Source of the DNA: Octopus bimaculoides
Taxonomy: Eukaryota
Direction of reading: 5' to 3'
Assembly (NCBI RefSeq): GCF_001194135.2
Contig: NC_068988.1
Coordinates: forward strand, 61,488,982-61,527,789
DNA length: 38,808 nucleotides
Shown: piece by piece, positions 38,063-38,808 of the stretch
Numbering within the stretch: the stretch's first letter is position 1
Layout: every line of letters starts with the position of its first letter
Made by a program: the position numbers and the translations under genes
The notes under the pieces: model-generated
The model's database searches: none
Seen by the model: only the letters and a program-made list of their open reading frames with translations
Told to the model about the DNA's origin: nothing

Positions 38063-38106
<44 letters not shown>

Positions 38107-38808
38107 CAATTAGATATATGTATAATGATATGTATATGCACATATATATGGATCGATGTGAGTATGCATATCGTTATACATATATCTCAATGTATATATA
38201 TATATATCATTATATAATTATATGAAGGGTCCGTATTTATCCTGGAAGCGTGTACTTGAGAAAGAACGTAAGGTGTCACGTCGAGTCGGTCACGTTACTG
38301 CGGTACCGAATTCCTAAAACAGCTCTACCCTGTCTGCACTATTCTCCAAAAGTTATTCGCTATTAACAATCCACTGATTGTTCAACCAATCATTCCACGT
38401 TGGTCATGTCCAGTCATAAAACGTCGGATGTCTCGTCAGTCCCAAAATAGATATCATTGCCAATCGTTAAAACCTCTTACATCCTGCTGCTACTGTTAAT
38501 ACTATTACAAATTAGTGGGTTGGCGGTGGTTGTGGTGGTAGCGGTGATAGATGGTGATGGTGCAGCGGTGGTGTGTTGCGGGTTGTGGGAGAAGGGATTG
38601 TTGCTGAGACGAATTAAGCTTCAACTCCGTTTACTGATGACGTAGATATAGAAATGACTGAGACGTAATGGGTGATTGAGAAAAGTATAGACAGAGCCAC
38701 AGAAACGCAGACACATAAACAGATATAGGCAGACAATAAAAAACATGTCTAACTTATATATGAATGTATATATGTATATATAAATGTATGAATATATATA
38801 TATATATA

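Larger units (their letters stand above)
35241..38066 (+). mobile_element. Probable Penelope-like retroelement (PLE) with an inverted pseudo-LTR arrangement
   Basis: Inverted arms 35241-35774 and 37369-~37936, each with a minimal hammerhead fold near its end; internal Asn/Thr/Ser-rich ORF fragment; (TA)n on both sides (35161-35188, 38067-38102). The RT and GIY-YIG domains are not visible and could lie in the gap. Confidence 0.7.

Overview
AT-rich, microsatellite-dense eukaryotic DNA with eight assembly gaps, most of them abutting (TA)n tracts. The SINE families and repeat landscape strongly resemble Octopus (coleoid cephalopod) genomic DNA; this is recognition from memory, not a database result. 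No host protein-coding gene can be supported, and nearly all listed ORFs are microsatellite, low-complexity or N-gap artefacts. The window reads as intronic or intergenic. It holds about 13 tRNA-derived SINE copies or fragments (mostly + strand, one a 217-bp-period trimer), a decayed Tx1/L1-clade LINE reverse transcriptase (about 8765-9520), two mariner relics, and a probable Penelope-like element (about 35241-38066). That element is the most interesting feature: its >530-bp arms are inverted and each carries a compact type I hammerhead ribozyme fold with a U4C core variant and a palindromic helix III. Other unexplained items are a 114-bp hairpin-bearing direct repeat around a CpG/motif-rich island, a (TTA)n/(TAA)n fold-back enclosing two hairpins, and a few candidate micro-exons.
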